DNA of 64,000 nt from Octopus vulgaris (lineage: Eukaryota), in NCBI GenBank assembly GCA_951406725.2, contig OX597820.1:108996001-109060000 (forward strand). Reading direction: 5' to 3'. The position numbers and the translations under genes are program-made. The notes beneath the pieces were generated by a model. That model was not told the DNA's origin, did not search any database, and saw only the letters and a list, made by a program, of their open reading frames with translations. Position 1 is the first letter of the stretch, and each line of letters opens with the position of its first letter. Positions 24,821 through 35,339 of the stretch are shown piece after piece.

Positions 24821-25569
24821 ACATTCATATCTATTATATCAAAGTCAATATCTTTATGTGTTCGTGTGTTACTTATACATTCGAAAACTGCTGCACCGAT
24901 CATAATGAAATTTGAAACACAAAATCCAAGCCTAGGGAGAAGGGTAATGCTGTGTGTTTCATACAATTTCATGGACCAAAATTATTGAATGGATCCTTAT
25001 GATATTTGAAACTTAGATTCAATGCATAAGGGCGGGTATAATGCAATAGGTTTGGTTTGAATTTCATGGGGGCATAATTCATAAATTTTCGATGATGAAA
25101 TTTCAACCATGGGTAATTGACACACATCAAGAAGTATTCCCAAAGTTTCCACTTCACATGAGGATTCTAAGAAACCCTAATGGGAGCCTTAACTCCAAAA
25201 TTTTAGTCATTTCTTTTATGATCCAAAACTAGGTCAAAAGTGCTGAATGGATCTTTAGGAAATTTGGAAATTATATTCTATGCATAAGGGCCATAATCCC
25301 CATGACAATTCATATATTTTTGCTGTTGATGAAATTTTAACCATACATATTACATACAAATGAAGTAATATTTATAAAATTTTATTTTCTTACAAGTTAG
25401 AAAGACCCTGTCATGGAGACTTAACACCCACAATTTAGTCATTTTATCTAAGCAAAGACAAATACAGTTGTACTCTTGGAAGCTGTAGGATCACTTGAGC
25501 ATAAAAGATGAGCATTATTTGTAATTCAATGGTACAACAGTGTAACAGTTTGCTTTGACATACACTTAC

Positions 25570-25689
25570 ATTGTATGCTGAGTGGACTACTAACTTTCTT
25601 TTGCAAGTAGCTTTCAACAAGTCAACATTGACTTCTTCTGTCTCTATCAAGTCGATTCTGAATTGTGCCCCAACAAATTTTTCCACCGT
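25570..25689 (-). CDS. Second coding exon of unidentified Lys/Ser-rich protein gene
   Basis: ttttaagcctag|...|gtaagt, 120 nt, phase 0-0; TVEKFVGAQFRIDLIETEEVNVDLLKATCKRKLVVHSAYN. Confidence 0.75.
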
Positions 25690-27448
25690 CTAGGCTTAAA
25701 AAAGCCCTCAATGTTGGTTTCATTGTCCTGTTTTTATTATTTATGTGTACTGTATTTTTATTTGTATTGCATTTACGTCCTGTTCTTGTCACTTTTTTTC
25801 TTTCCTTGTTTTACCCCTCTGCAAAGGAATTTTATTTAATTCATTTTGCAGGAAGGACTGCCCTTACCTTCGAAACACACATTGAGTCGAACCAGGGGCA
25901 GCTGATGAAGGGGAATATTCCTTGTATTGTTTGTCTTGTACTCTGTTTTTTCATTGTTAAAAAAAGTCCGTTTCCTTGTTTGTTTTTACGTTTTCGTTTC
26001 TCATTGTGTTCTATGTTTATTTGTGGTGTCCTGTACTCATATATATATATATGCATGTATATATACATATAGATGTAGGTACGTACATATTAGTATGTAT
26101 GTATGCATATATTTTATTTACTAAATTGTTATTATATGACTGAGTGCCTCGCGTCATTTCATTTCTTATCCTCCAAGTAAGTTTTTATATATATATATAG
26201 GGGGGTAATGATGTCATTGAGACCCAAAGGTGTCAGGTAATGCTGAATAAGTGCTATAGAGAGACCATAGTTAAGTTCCAGGTTCGGTAATTTTGCAAAT
26301 TAGGGGTTCAACGTTGGTCATATGTCAGCGTGTGTATATTGGAATTTTTTGCATAATGAAATAAAAAAAAACAAGGTTGTGTAGATATTAGAACATTTAT
26401 AGATAGATCTACACAGCCTTAGTTTTGTATCTCATTACGCAAAAAATTCTTATATATATATTATAAATATATAAATAAATATATATATATATATGTACAT
26501 ATATCAGGTCATCCCATAAGTTCAGTCCAATTTTTACCTTTTTTTAAAATTGAAATTTAATAGTATTTTAGAATGTCTAATGAAATTTAAAATTATTTTT
26601 ATGCATTTGTGTACATTTAAACTAATTAAAGATTATTTTACAGAATAACAGAATTAAAATTTCTTTGGGAAGTATCCAAAGAGCATTTGAGACATAATGC
26701 TTTATGAGTACCAAAAAGAAAACTCTGCAGCCGAAGTGAGTCAAAACCCATTCCGTTGTGTGGGTGGTGAAGTTGGTTGTTATGATTGTATGGGTGTTTG
26801 TAGAGTCTATATTGATAATTTTGTAAAGTGCCTGGTGTTCTTAATAGTCCCAGGGAGCAGTGGATGTTACTGAATGGGGTGTAGTTCTGTTCATTATTGT
26901 GTGTAGTGCCTGGTGTTTTCAACAGTCCCTGAGGGGTAGGGTGAGTATTGCCAAAGTGGGTGCAAACTAGGTCTGTAGACCGTGGAAAGTTCCTGCGCCT
27001 AGAGGTTTTTGTGTTTTGTGGGGACCAGTATTTACAAGAAATCTGGGGGATATGCCTAGTACTTAGCTATGGCTGGGAGTATCTTGTTATGGTGTATGTA
27101 TGGAAGGGGGTGTTTATGGTGTATATAAAGGCTTTTTTCTTCAAGTTTAAAATGAGACATTGCTGGCATAATTTCGTTATATCTATATTCCACAACACAC
27201 AAATACATAAAAACAGAACAGGCACACAGACAAGAACAAGCATGCACGCACGTACAACCCATTAGCTTTCTTCTCCTCCTCCCATGTCATCAACTGACAG
27301 TTGACAAGATACAGACAAGTGCTGTCTGAACTAAAGTGTTTTGATTCTGTTGAGTCATATTGAAAGAATACCCTATTTTTTTTTTTTCGATTTCGTTTCC
27401 GGGTAATAATGTTAATATTAACCAAAAATATTTTCGGATTCTATTTTA

Positions 27449-27658
27449 GGGTACTACTTAAGAAGAGCAGTCCCGGTGGTCGCGCTAGATAGACGTGACT
27501 AGTCGATCCTTCAACGACTACCTAGCAAAGTAAATAAAACACAAAATAGATATTTTTTTTTACACAAAGTAAATAAAATACAAAAACACGAAGTAAGGAT
27601 CGACTAGTCACAACTATACGAGTGCACGCACCGGGACCACTCTTCTTAAGTAGTACCC
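27449..27658. mobile_element. MITE (210 bp) with long TIRs
   Basis: gggtactacttaagaagag ... ctcttcttaagtagtaccc; inner IR gtgactagtcgatcctt / aaggatcgactagtcac. Confidence 0.9.
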
Positions 27659-27758
27659 GTTTTAGATGTTGGAGATTACAAATTTACCCAAAAAAATTCT
27701 GAATATGCTAGAAACCATGTTTTCAAAATTTTAAATTCAATAAGCATACAGATATGAG

Positions 27759-28247
27759 ATCTTTACCTTTTGACCTACAGATTTAAAATATAATTTTTTG
27801 TAACTAAACACTTTCAAACTGCGGACATAGGTAGAATGTGTCATCTTTTATTCTTAGCATTTTTGAGAAAAACTTGTATTTACGAAGTTATTTCACGTTA
27901 AAGTTCTAGTATTTCGGTAATTTCAACCAATCAATGACGTGTATTCAGCTGAATAAAATTACTGCCGGTGTTTGTCAACAACAACTATCGGCGGTGTATT
28001 TTTCGTTTGTCACTGTTATTTATGACATCGCTCGTGTGTTTATACTAGTGTTAAGGTTTTAGGGTTAGGGTTGTCATAAATAACAGTGACAAATGAAATA
28101 TACACCGCCGGAAGTTCTTGTTGACAAACAACAGCAGTAATTTTATTCAGCTGAATACACATCATTGATTGGTTGAAATTACCGAAATACGAGAACTTTA
28201 ACGTGAAATAACTTCGTAAATATAAGTTTTTCTCAAAAGGTAAAGAT
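27759..28247. mobile_element. Foldback MITE with ~170-bp arms and TTAGGG-containing loop
   Basis: atctttaccttttga / tcaaaaggtaaagat ends; arms ~27861-28028 and ~28072-28239 are complementary. Confidence 0.88.
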
Positions 28248-28611
28248 GAAAAAGTTCAAAATTTAAAATTAGGGGAGGAGGTGAAATTTGCGCCCCCTTA
28301 TTAAACTTTATAACATTAATTATTAAAGATCAATGTTTCTCATAAAATTATATATATCTAATTTACATTAAATTATTATTTACAATTATTTAAGGCAAAC
28401 ATAAGTAAAACGCATATTATTTTTACTTTAATGCATTTTTGTCTGCATTTAATTTCAATTTGCATATGTTCGTCAATTCGCTACAATCTATTTAAAGTAA
28501 ACAAAATCAAAATTTTAAGTTGGGAGAAGAGGTAGGGGGGTGAAATAAAAAAATTTTTGGGGCATATTCGTAATCTCAGACATCCAAAACGTAGGAATCG
28601 GGAAAATGTTT

Positions 28612-29010
28612 GGATCTTTTCGGTTTGAACGGCAGTTTTTCTAGCGGTGTCATATGAAATTGTCACCCATAATTATGACCCTAGTATCTATCTATTTGCA
28701 TTTCAATCTGTTTTAGGGTTAGGGTGGGGGGAAGGGTATATTTTTTCTTCACAAATGTAAATAAACCCAATCTGTTTCTTAAACGAGGGACATATTCATG
28801 CGGCACAGGATGTTATTTACCTCAATAGACGTCAGTGATTGGCAGAAATTGAAGGAAAAAACAACAAATATCTTACAAACAATAGAACTTTCTCAATAAA
28901 GCCAAGAGAAAAAGATGTTTTATAAACACATTCTACCAGTATACGAAGTTAAAAATATTTTAGTTACCTAGAAATTATGTTAAAAACTGCCGTTCAAACC
29001 GAAAAGATCC
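28612..29010. mobile_element. MITE with 28-bp TIRs
   Basis: ggatcttttcggtttgaacggcagtttt / aaaactgccgttcaaaccgaaaagatcc; flanks aaatgttt / aaaagttt (imperfect 8-bp TSD). Confidence 0.9.
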
Positions 29011-29077
29011 AAAAGTTTGGTTTAACCACCTCATATAACCCCTCATGCAGTGAGGGGTTATATATAGTGCATAAAGC

Positions 29078-29147
29078 AGAATTCCCCTGCACGTTGTATT
29101 TTGCGAACGGCGAACATGGCGGAATATGCAACGTGCAGGGGAATTCT
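29078..29147. repeat. 70-bp inverted repeat (mini-MITE-like hairpin)
   Basis: agaattcccctgcacgttg / caacgtgcaggggaattct. Confidence 0.85.
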
Positions 29148-29645
29148 AGTTTAAGCACCCCATATAACTCCTCACAGCCTAAGGGATTATATGAGGGCGC
29201 ACATGACGGAGATGTAAACAGACCCCCCCGACACTTTAGAAAAAAAAATTTTTACGGAATCCCACGTTTTCGGCTATGGAGACTCCGATTCTGAGTGCGC
29301 ACTTCTCGTAAACTCGGCTTACTTGCGATTCTACAGAAAATTCATGACACAAAATCGAATGTTTAATTATGAAAGTAGTTTCACAGAATAAAAATGTAAT
29401 GCAATCTTTTTTAGATGTAGCAAAATGTGACAATATATATTTCTAGTATAAAAGTGAAAATAATGCAAAGTAAAATGGAACACAGCCACGTGGACTAAAA
29501 TATTGAATGAACTATACAACAGGAAAAACACGACACCAAAGAAATCGAGGAGATAACTACTACGAGAATATTAAATTAAAACGAGATTGTACAAATCTGT
29601 TTCTTTTTTTTTTTAGTTATAAAGAAACAATCAAAGACTACATAC

Positions 29646-29669
29646 CTCACTCCTGGTTATAAACACCAT
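29646..29669 (-). CDS. First coding exon (MVFITRSE) of unidentified Lys/Ser-rich protein gene
   Basis: tttttctcacag|caacaATGG (good Kozak) ... GAG|gtatg; phase 0 matches the 25570-25689 exon. Confidence 0.7.
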
Positions 29670-29887
29670 TGTTGCTGTGAGAAAAACGCGTTATTAATTT
29701 TGAATCAGAATACAAAGCTAACATCACTTTCACCAGCCACGTTTATTTTCCGCATAATTGTAATTAATTCGTTTACAAGCTATATACTTATAATACAGCA
29801 TCGGAAATGAATTATTTCAAAGTTATTATAAAACATCAAGGAATATTTTAAGTATTAATACAAATTTATCAAGAGTTCCAAAATTAC

Positions 29888-29920
29888 CGGCAGAGCTATA
29901 TACACAGAAGAGCGGGAAAT
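29888..29920 (-). promoter_or_regulatory. Candidate 5' UTR exon / TSS with E2F-like TTTCCCGC
   Basis: TTTCCCGC at 29912-29919 (minus), pyrimidine-rich CTCTTCT, then CCG|gtaatt donor. Confidence 0.3.
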
Positions 29921-29928
29921 AGAGAATA

Positions 29929-30010
29929 CAGGCATCCCCCGCGTTATGGCTACCTCAGGTTACGGGATTTCGCGCTTACGGAAATTGTAAAGTACTACAA
30001 ATAATTTCAG
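29929..30010 (+). mobile_element. Tigger/pogo-like TIR remnant
   Basis: TA-caggcatccccc gcgttatgg...ttacg repeats typical of pogo/Tigger ends. Confidence 0.45.
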
Positions 30011-30675
30011 GATACAATCTGTAATTTTAAAATGCACAATGAATCTTTAAAACTAGTCTTCTTAACTCAATGCCCACTTTTGTTTTAATTAAGCTCAAAA
30101 TATATTGCCAATGATTTGAAAGACTATCATCCTGTTACACATACATGCACACACACATATGTATAAATAATGAACATAATATGAATATATATATATATAC
30201 ATATATGAATGTGTGCATATGTATATTATGTGTACTTGTTTTCCCAATGCCATTTCTGATCACATGTAAATTACAAATTTATTGTGCGTGCCGACTCCAT
30301 TTCAGCCAATCAGAACGTCTTGTTCATGTGATAAGTTCTAGAATTTTCTTTCAATGAAGATCTTAAATACAGAGGCTTTTGGAGCAAGAAAGCAGAAGAG
30401 ATTAGGCCCCCATTTATTATAGTCCCTAGTGAATTCCTCTCTCAAAGCTGTTTTCACAGTGTCATACTCAAACCAGTACGATTCATCTAATACCTATTTT
30501 CACAGCTGTATACCCAACTTGGAGATGGCTGAAGTATCAACATGGCCTTGTGATGTGAAAAATCAGTCTTATCATCAACTATCTATCAAAGATTTCCAGT
30601 ACCTGTGAAACACAATGTTCATATAAGATTGATTCTGTATTTCATGAAGCCTTGTAAAAAATGTTACAATAAATT

Positions 30676-33660
30676 TGTGGTGTTAGTGATGAGCTATGTG
30701 GTGTTGGTGGAGAGGATTGCAGATGAGGTAGATGGAAGTGAAGACTGCAGAGGCCTGTGGCACAGTCATGGGGTATGCATGGGCCGGAAGCATGTGTGAT
30801 CAGTTCGAGCAGAGACGGCAGCGAACAAAGATGTGTTTATTTCTTGAGAGTTATCTCTGATTCCGCCAAGGTCAACAGGTAAGGCCTTTTGTATTTCTTT
30901 CTCCTGTTTGCTTCTTGTCCTCCATCACACTACAAGCTATTTCAGTCCATAACAAAAAAAAACGATTGATGAGTGTTGTCCATATTTCGAACAATATGAT
31001 CAAACCATTTTGCAGTGACACGGATGTGTTGTCACTTGGTTGAAGAAAATGAAGTTGGTGGCAAAGCTCCACGGTATAAATGACTTAGCGAGTTTTATAC
31101 CGCTGTACTTGGATGGTTCGGTGTTGGCGCTGTACTTAGAAATGGAAGAGAGGGACCAACTTAGCACGGAGAAAATAGAAATCTGTTTGATGGAGGTCTT
31201 TGCAGAGGGAATGTTCGAAGCGTACACTCCCCTGGGGAACAGGTTGACGTATTTATGAATGAACTCAGAAGATTGGCTAAACTGGCGGGATATGAGGGAG
31301 ATATATCGCTGGACCGAACGGTTAAGTTAGCGTTTGTGACTGGCTTTCCTGACCACATGTCGATCAAGTTGCAGAAGCTGCCGAACATTAACTCGATCAC
31401 GATAGCAGACATTGTATCTTGGACTCACATGCTAGTTTCATGCTGCAGGACAATGTCGGTAGCAGCGACTGCAACAACAAAAAGTGGTCGAGCAAGGAGC
31501 AGCAGAGAGGGGTCAAAGAAAGAATGTGTGCGACCATTCAAAGGACAGTGTTTCCGGTGTCAGGGCCTACACATGGTACGAGACTGTGAATCACCCAAGC
31601 TTGAGGTCATTTGCTACCGGTGTTGAGAAACGAAGCATATAGCTAGCGAATGTCTGCGGGGAAATGGTCTAAGGGAGACTACTGCTGCACACGCCATTGA
31701 AGATGAGGACTTTCGGGCTGTCTTCGATGGCCAGAGGTGGACAGTGGAGTGGAGCTGGAAGAGAGAGCCTCCGGCATTAAAAACTAAAGTGGGCTGCTAT
31801 CAGCATACTCTAAAAAGAGATGCCACAAGTGAGTTTGAGGGGGAGGTGGAGCAGTGGATTAAGGAGGACATATTGATCCATTGGGGAGAAGAAGTAGACA
31901 GCGGAGTCCTGTCACTGATGGCGGTGGTTCAGCCCACAAAGCATAAGGTCAGGCCAGTGCTTGACTTCCAAGAATTGAACGACCACGTATCATGTCATAC
32001 AGGCGGCGAGGCCACAGATGTCTGTGGAGACACCTTGCAAGAGTGGAGATAGATGACAGGGACCTCCATGATCGTTGATTTGAAGTCGGTATACCTGCAG
32101 GTGCTTGTGTCTAAGAAACTGTGGAAGTATCAGCTTGTCAGGTATAAGGGCCAAACATACCGCCTGACCAGGCTGGGGTTCGGGCTAAATGCAGCGCCAA
32201 AGATTATGGCAACAATTCTCAAGGCCATCCTGGGAAAAGTGGACAGAGTAAAAAGGGCCACCTATTCATGCATTGATGACATTCTGGTGGATGAAACTGT
32301 AATGCCAGCAACGGAGGTCATAGGCCACCTGAAGAGTTTTGGACTGATCGCCAAGCCACCAGAGGCAATGGAGGGAGGTACTGCACTGGGCCTCAAGCTA
32401 TGGAGAGACAAGGGCTGCACATTGGTGTCCTTGTGAGGGAACGAGATCCCCGAACTGGGCACCAGCATGAGTAGATGGTAACTGTTCTCGGTGTGTGGGA
32501 AGCTGGTGGGACACTACCCGATTGCAGGATGGCTCCAGACAGCATGTAGCTTCATCAAGAGACAAGCCGAAGGAGTGAAGTGGGATGATAGAGTGGGAGA
32601 GAAGACGACCCACATGATACAGGAAGTCTTGGTCAGAGTGAGAGCAGAGGATCCAGTGAGAGGCAGTTGGTATGTTCCCAAATCAAAGAGCAGTATTGTA
32701 TGGTGTGACGCCAGTAGCATTGCAATAGGGGTTGTCTTGGAAGTAGCCTGGCTCAGGAAGACAGATAACTGCAATCATATCAATGTGGCGGAGTTGGATG
32801 CTGTGTTGAAGGGAGTGAACCTAGCCTTGAAGTGGGGGCTGCACACCATAGAAATCAGGACTGATTCGGTCACTGTACTTGGTTGGGTGACAGCAATCAT
32901 CACCAATGAGTGGAGGGTGTGAACCAAATGGGCCGCAGAGATGCTGGTAAAGTGTCGATTGGGGATACTGCGTGAACTAACCACTGAGTTCAATCTGAAG
33001 CTGAGCATGATCTTTGTGCCTTATGAGAAGAACAGGGCAAAAGGAACAATAAACTCCATCAATTCGAAGAACAACGTCTCTGTTGATGGTATGCCACGCC
33101 ATGTTTTGGATGTACGGAAGATTGTCCATGCCTCAGAGAATGGAACCAGCAGCAGTGGGCAAGAAGATGAAGACAGCAACAGTAGGCAAGAAGAAGACAG
33201 CATCAGTAGACAAGATGATGAAGCCAGCAGCAGCATGCCAGGAACTCAGCCCAGTCCCGGTGACCACAGAGGGAGTGGCACCCTCCTCCCTGGTTGGCTG
33301 ATTATGAAACCAGTTAAGGTGTGAGTTCGGGAGCGAAGAGTGAATGGGAAAGCCAGTTGAGTGATCCATAGATCAGTGGGGCGTGTGGTGTTATGGGCTG
33401 TGATGAGCTGTGGTGTTGGTGGAGGGGATTGCAGATGAGGTAGAAAGAAGTGAAGACTGCAGGGGCCTGTGGCACAGTCACGGGGCATGCATGGGCAGGA
33501 AGCATGTGTGGTCAGTTCAAGCAGAGACAGAAGCGAGCAAAGATGTGTTTATTTCTTGAGAGTGAGTGCTCATTCTGCCGGGATCCACAGGTAAGGCCTT
33601 TTGTATTTCTTTCTCCTGTTTGCTTCTTTTTCTGTTGTTCTTTTTCTCCATCACACTACA
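30676..33660 (+). mobile_element. LTR retrotransposon, internally deleted (gag with two CCHC knuckles, RT, RNase H; protease and integrase core largely missing)
   Basis: LTRs 30676-30934 and 33384-33660 (TG...CA), 5-bp TSD AAATT, purine tract agtgggg; VRPVLDFQELN, VDLKSVYLQ, RLGFGLNAAP, CIDDILV, WCDAS..HINVAELDA..RTDS. Confidence 0.93.
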
Positions 33661-34494
33661 AAATTATATATATATATATATATATAGCAGTCTCCATTCA
33701 AATTGGTGACTGCTGACAAACTAAGAAGATCCTACTTGCTGCATTTAGCCATCCTAACTCATGATGAATTAGATATAATCCAGGTACACATGAATTCTGT
33801 CTGTCTTGGAACTGGCTACATACAGACAATTTCATTCAAAAAATTCTCACAGAGACTACATACAAACATGAAAATTATGTTATATGCCTGAGGCGACTTT
33901 TACTCACAAACATGACTGACTTCCCACCACATGTTCAACATGCTGAATCTCCAGTTCACATGAAATAGCAGTTAAATCTGTTTGCCAGTGTAAGAATTTT
34001 TTTTTTCTCCCTTTCAGTTCAGGACAATTTTTCTAATTGCCTCTCAATGATTCTTCTTTTTTTCTTTATATTTAAATATAGACACCTTTCATTTTGTCTA
34101 AATTTTATCATATTTTACCATAATTTTCTTGGCTTTTACTCCCATCATTTCAATTTCTTCAGGGAACAAAAATACAGCAATTTTTCACAAGGCAACAGAT
34201 GACAAGTTAGCTCCAATGTTTGGAATTCTCAAAATATCATCTGCATGTGAAGTCCTGTAGCTGTACACATACAAATAGATGATTTTTCCTTTCCAAAAAT
34301 GCCAAGAAAACCAAATCACCAGAGATTGAATATGACTAACTCTTTGGGCATGTAGAGACGACCGTACGAAAGGAGATAGTGATGAATGAATTTCTCCTTT
34401 TAAATGCCACAGAGTGGCCTTAGAAAAGAAGCCAAATAAATGCATAAATGAATAAGAGTGCCAGTAAAGAATAAGGAAGACGACACAACCGTTA

Positions 34495-34894
34495 TGTTAA
34501 AGAGAAAAGGTTTTTTATTTATAGGTTAACTTGTGTGTCTGTGTGCGTGAGTATGACAAGTGTGTGTGTTCTGTGTACATGTGTGCGTTATAAGTGTGAG
34601 ATAATACAGAGCATAGAAAAGTCTATAATCAGGACACCAGATGTATGTGCAGACACAAATGGAGATAATTACCAGTTCACAATAGCAAAGGTTCTGTAAC
34701 CATGATGTTGAGGCTGAAGCGCTGGAACTGGCTGAGGCGCTCTGTGGTCAGAGGTTAGAGGTTAGTCCTAAGGACTAGAACCAAAGACCTCATTTCTGCC
34801 AATCAGAACTTATAGTTACATAAGCACTAGAATTTTCTTTCAACAAAAGCTTTTGGAGTGAGAAGGCAGAGGGAATTGGAACTCCATTTGTTAC
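34495..34894. mobile_element. Possible solo LTR
   Basis: TG...CA borders; related segments at 30290-30430 and 35168-35340; no TSD seen. Confidence 0.35.
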
Positions 34895-35339
34895 AGTCCC
34901 CAGCAGTGGTGGTTCATAGATAAAATTAGTGGGGGTGCTGCTTCAGAAAATTTTTAGCTGTTGTTTTAATATTGTGTAAAAGGAAACAAATACATAAAAA
35001 GAATATTTATACATAAACTTGTAGGAATACGACCGTACGTGAGGAGGTTGGTGACAGGTCTCCTTTGTAAGCCACACAGTCGCATCCCTAACAAAATAAG
35101 ATAAGCCATAATACAACTTATACAAGTGCCAACAAAATATAAATGAATAACGACAAGCCATTCCACTGTTTGAGAGAAAATAAGATTTTATTTACAAGGT
35201 GTTAAAGTTAGAGGGTTGTGAGTGCTTGCCAGTGTTGTGTATGTGTGCATGCAACAAGTGTTTGTGTATGTGTGTTCGTGTGTGTTATAAGAGTGAACAT
35301 AGAGAACAAATAGAAATGTCCAGACACAAGCATTTCCAG

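Noticed and set aside
24426-24972. Tyr/Ile/Val/Cys-rich ORFs (also near 19950 and 59087)
   Set aside because: Translations of (TA)n/(CA)n microsatellites.
25855-25925. CTGATGA and GAAA hammerhead-like boxes
   Set aside because: The order and stem pairing do not give a complete fold.
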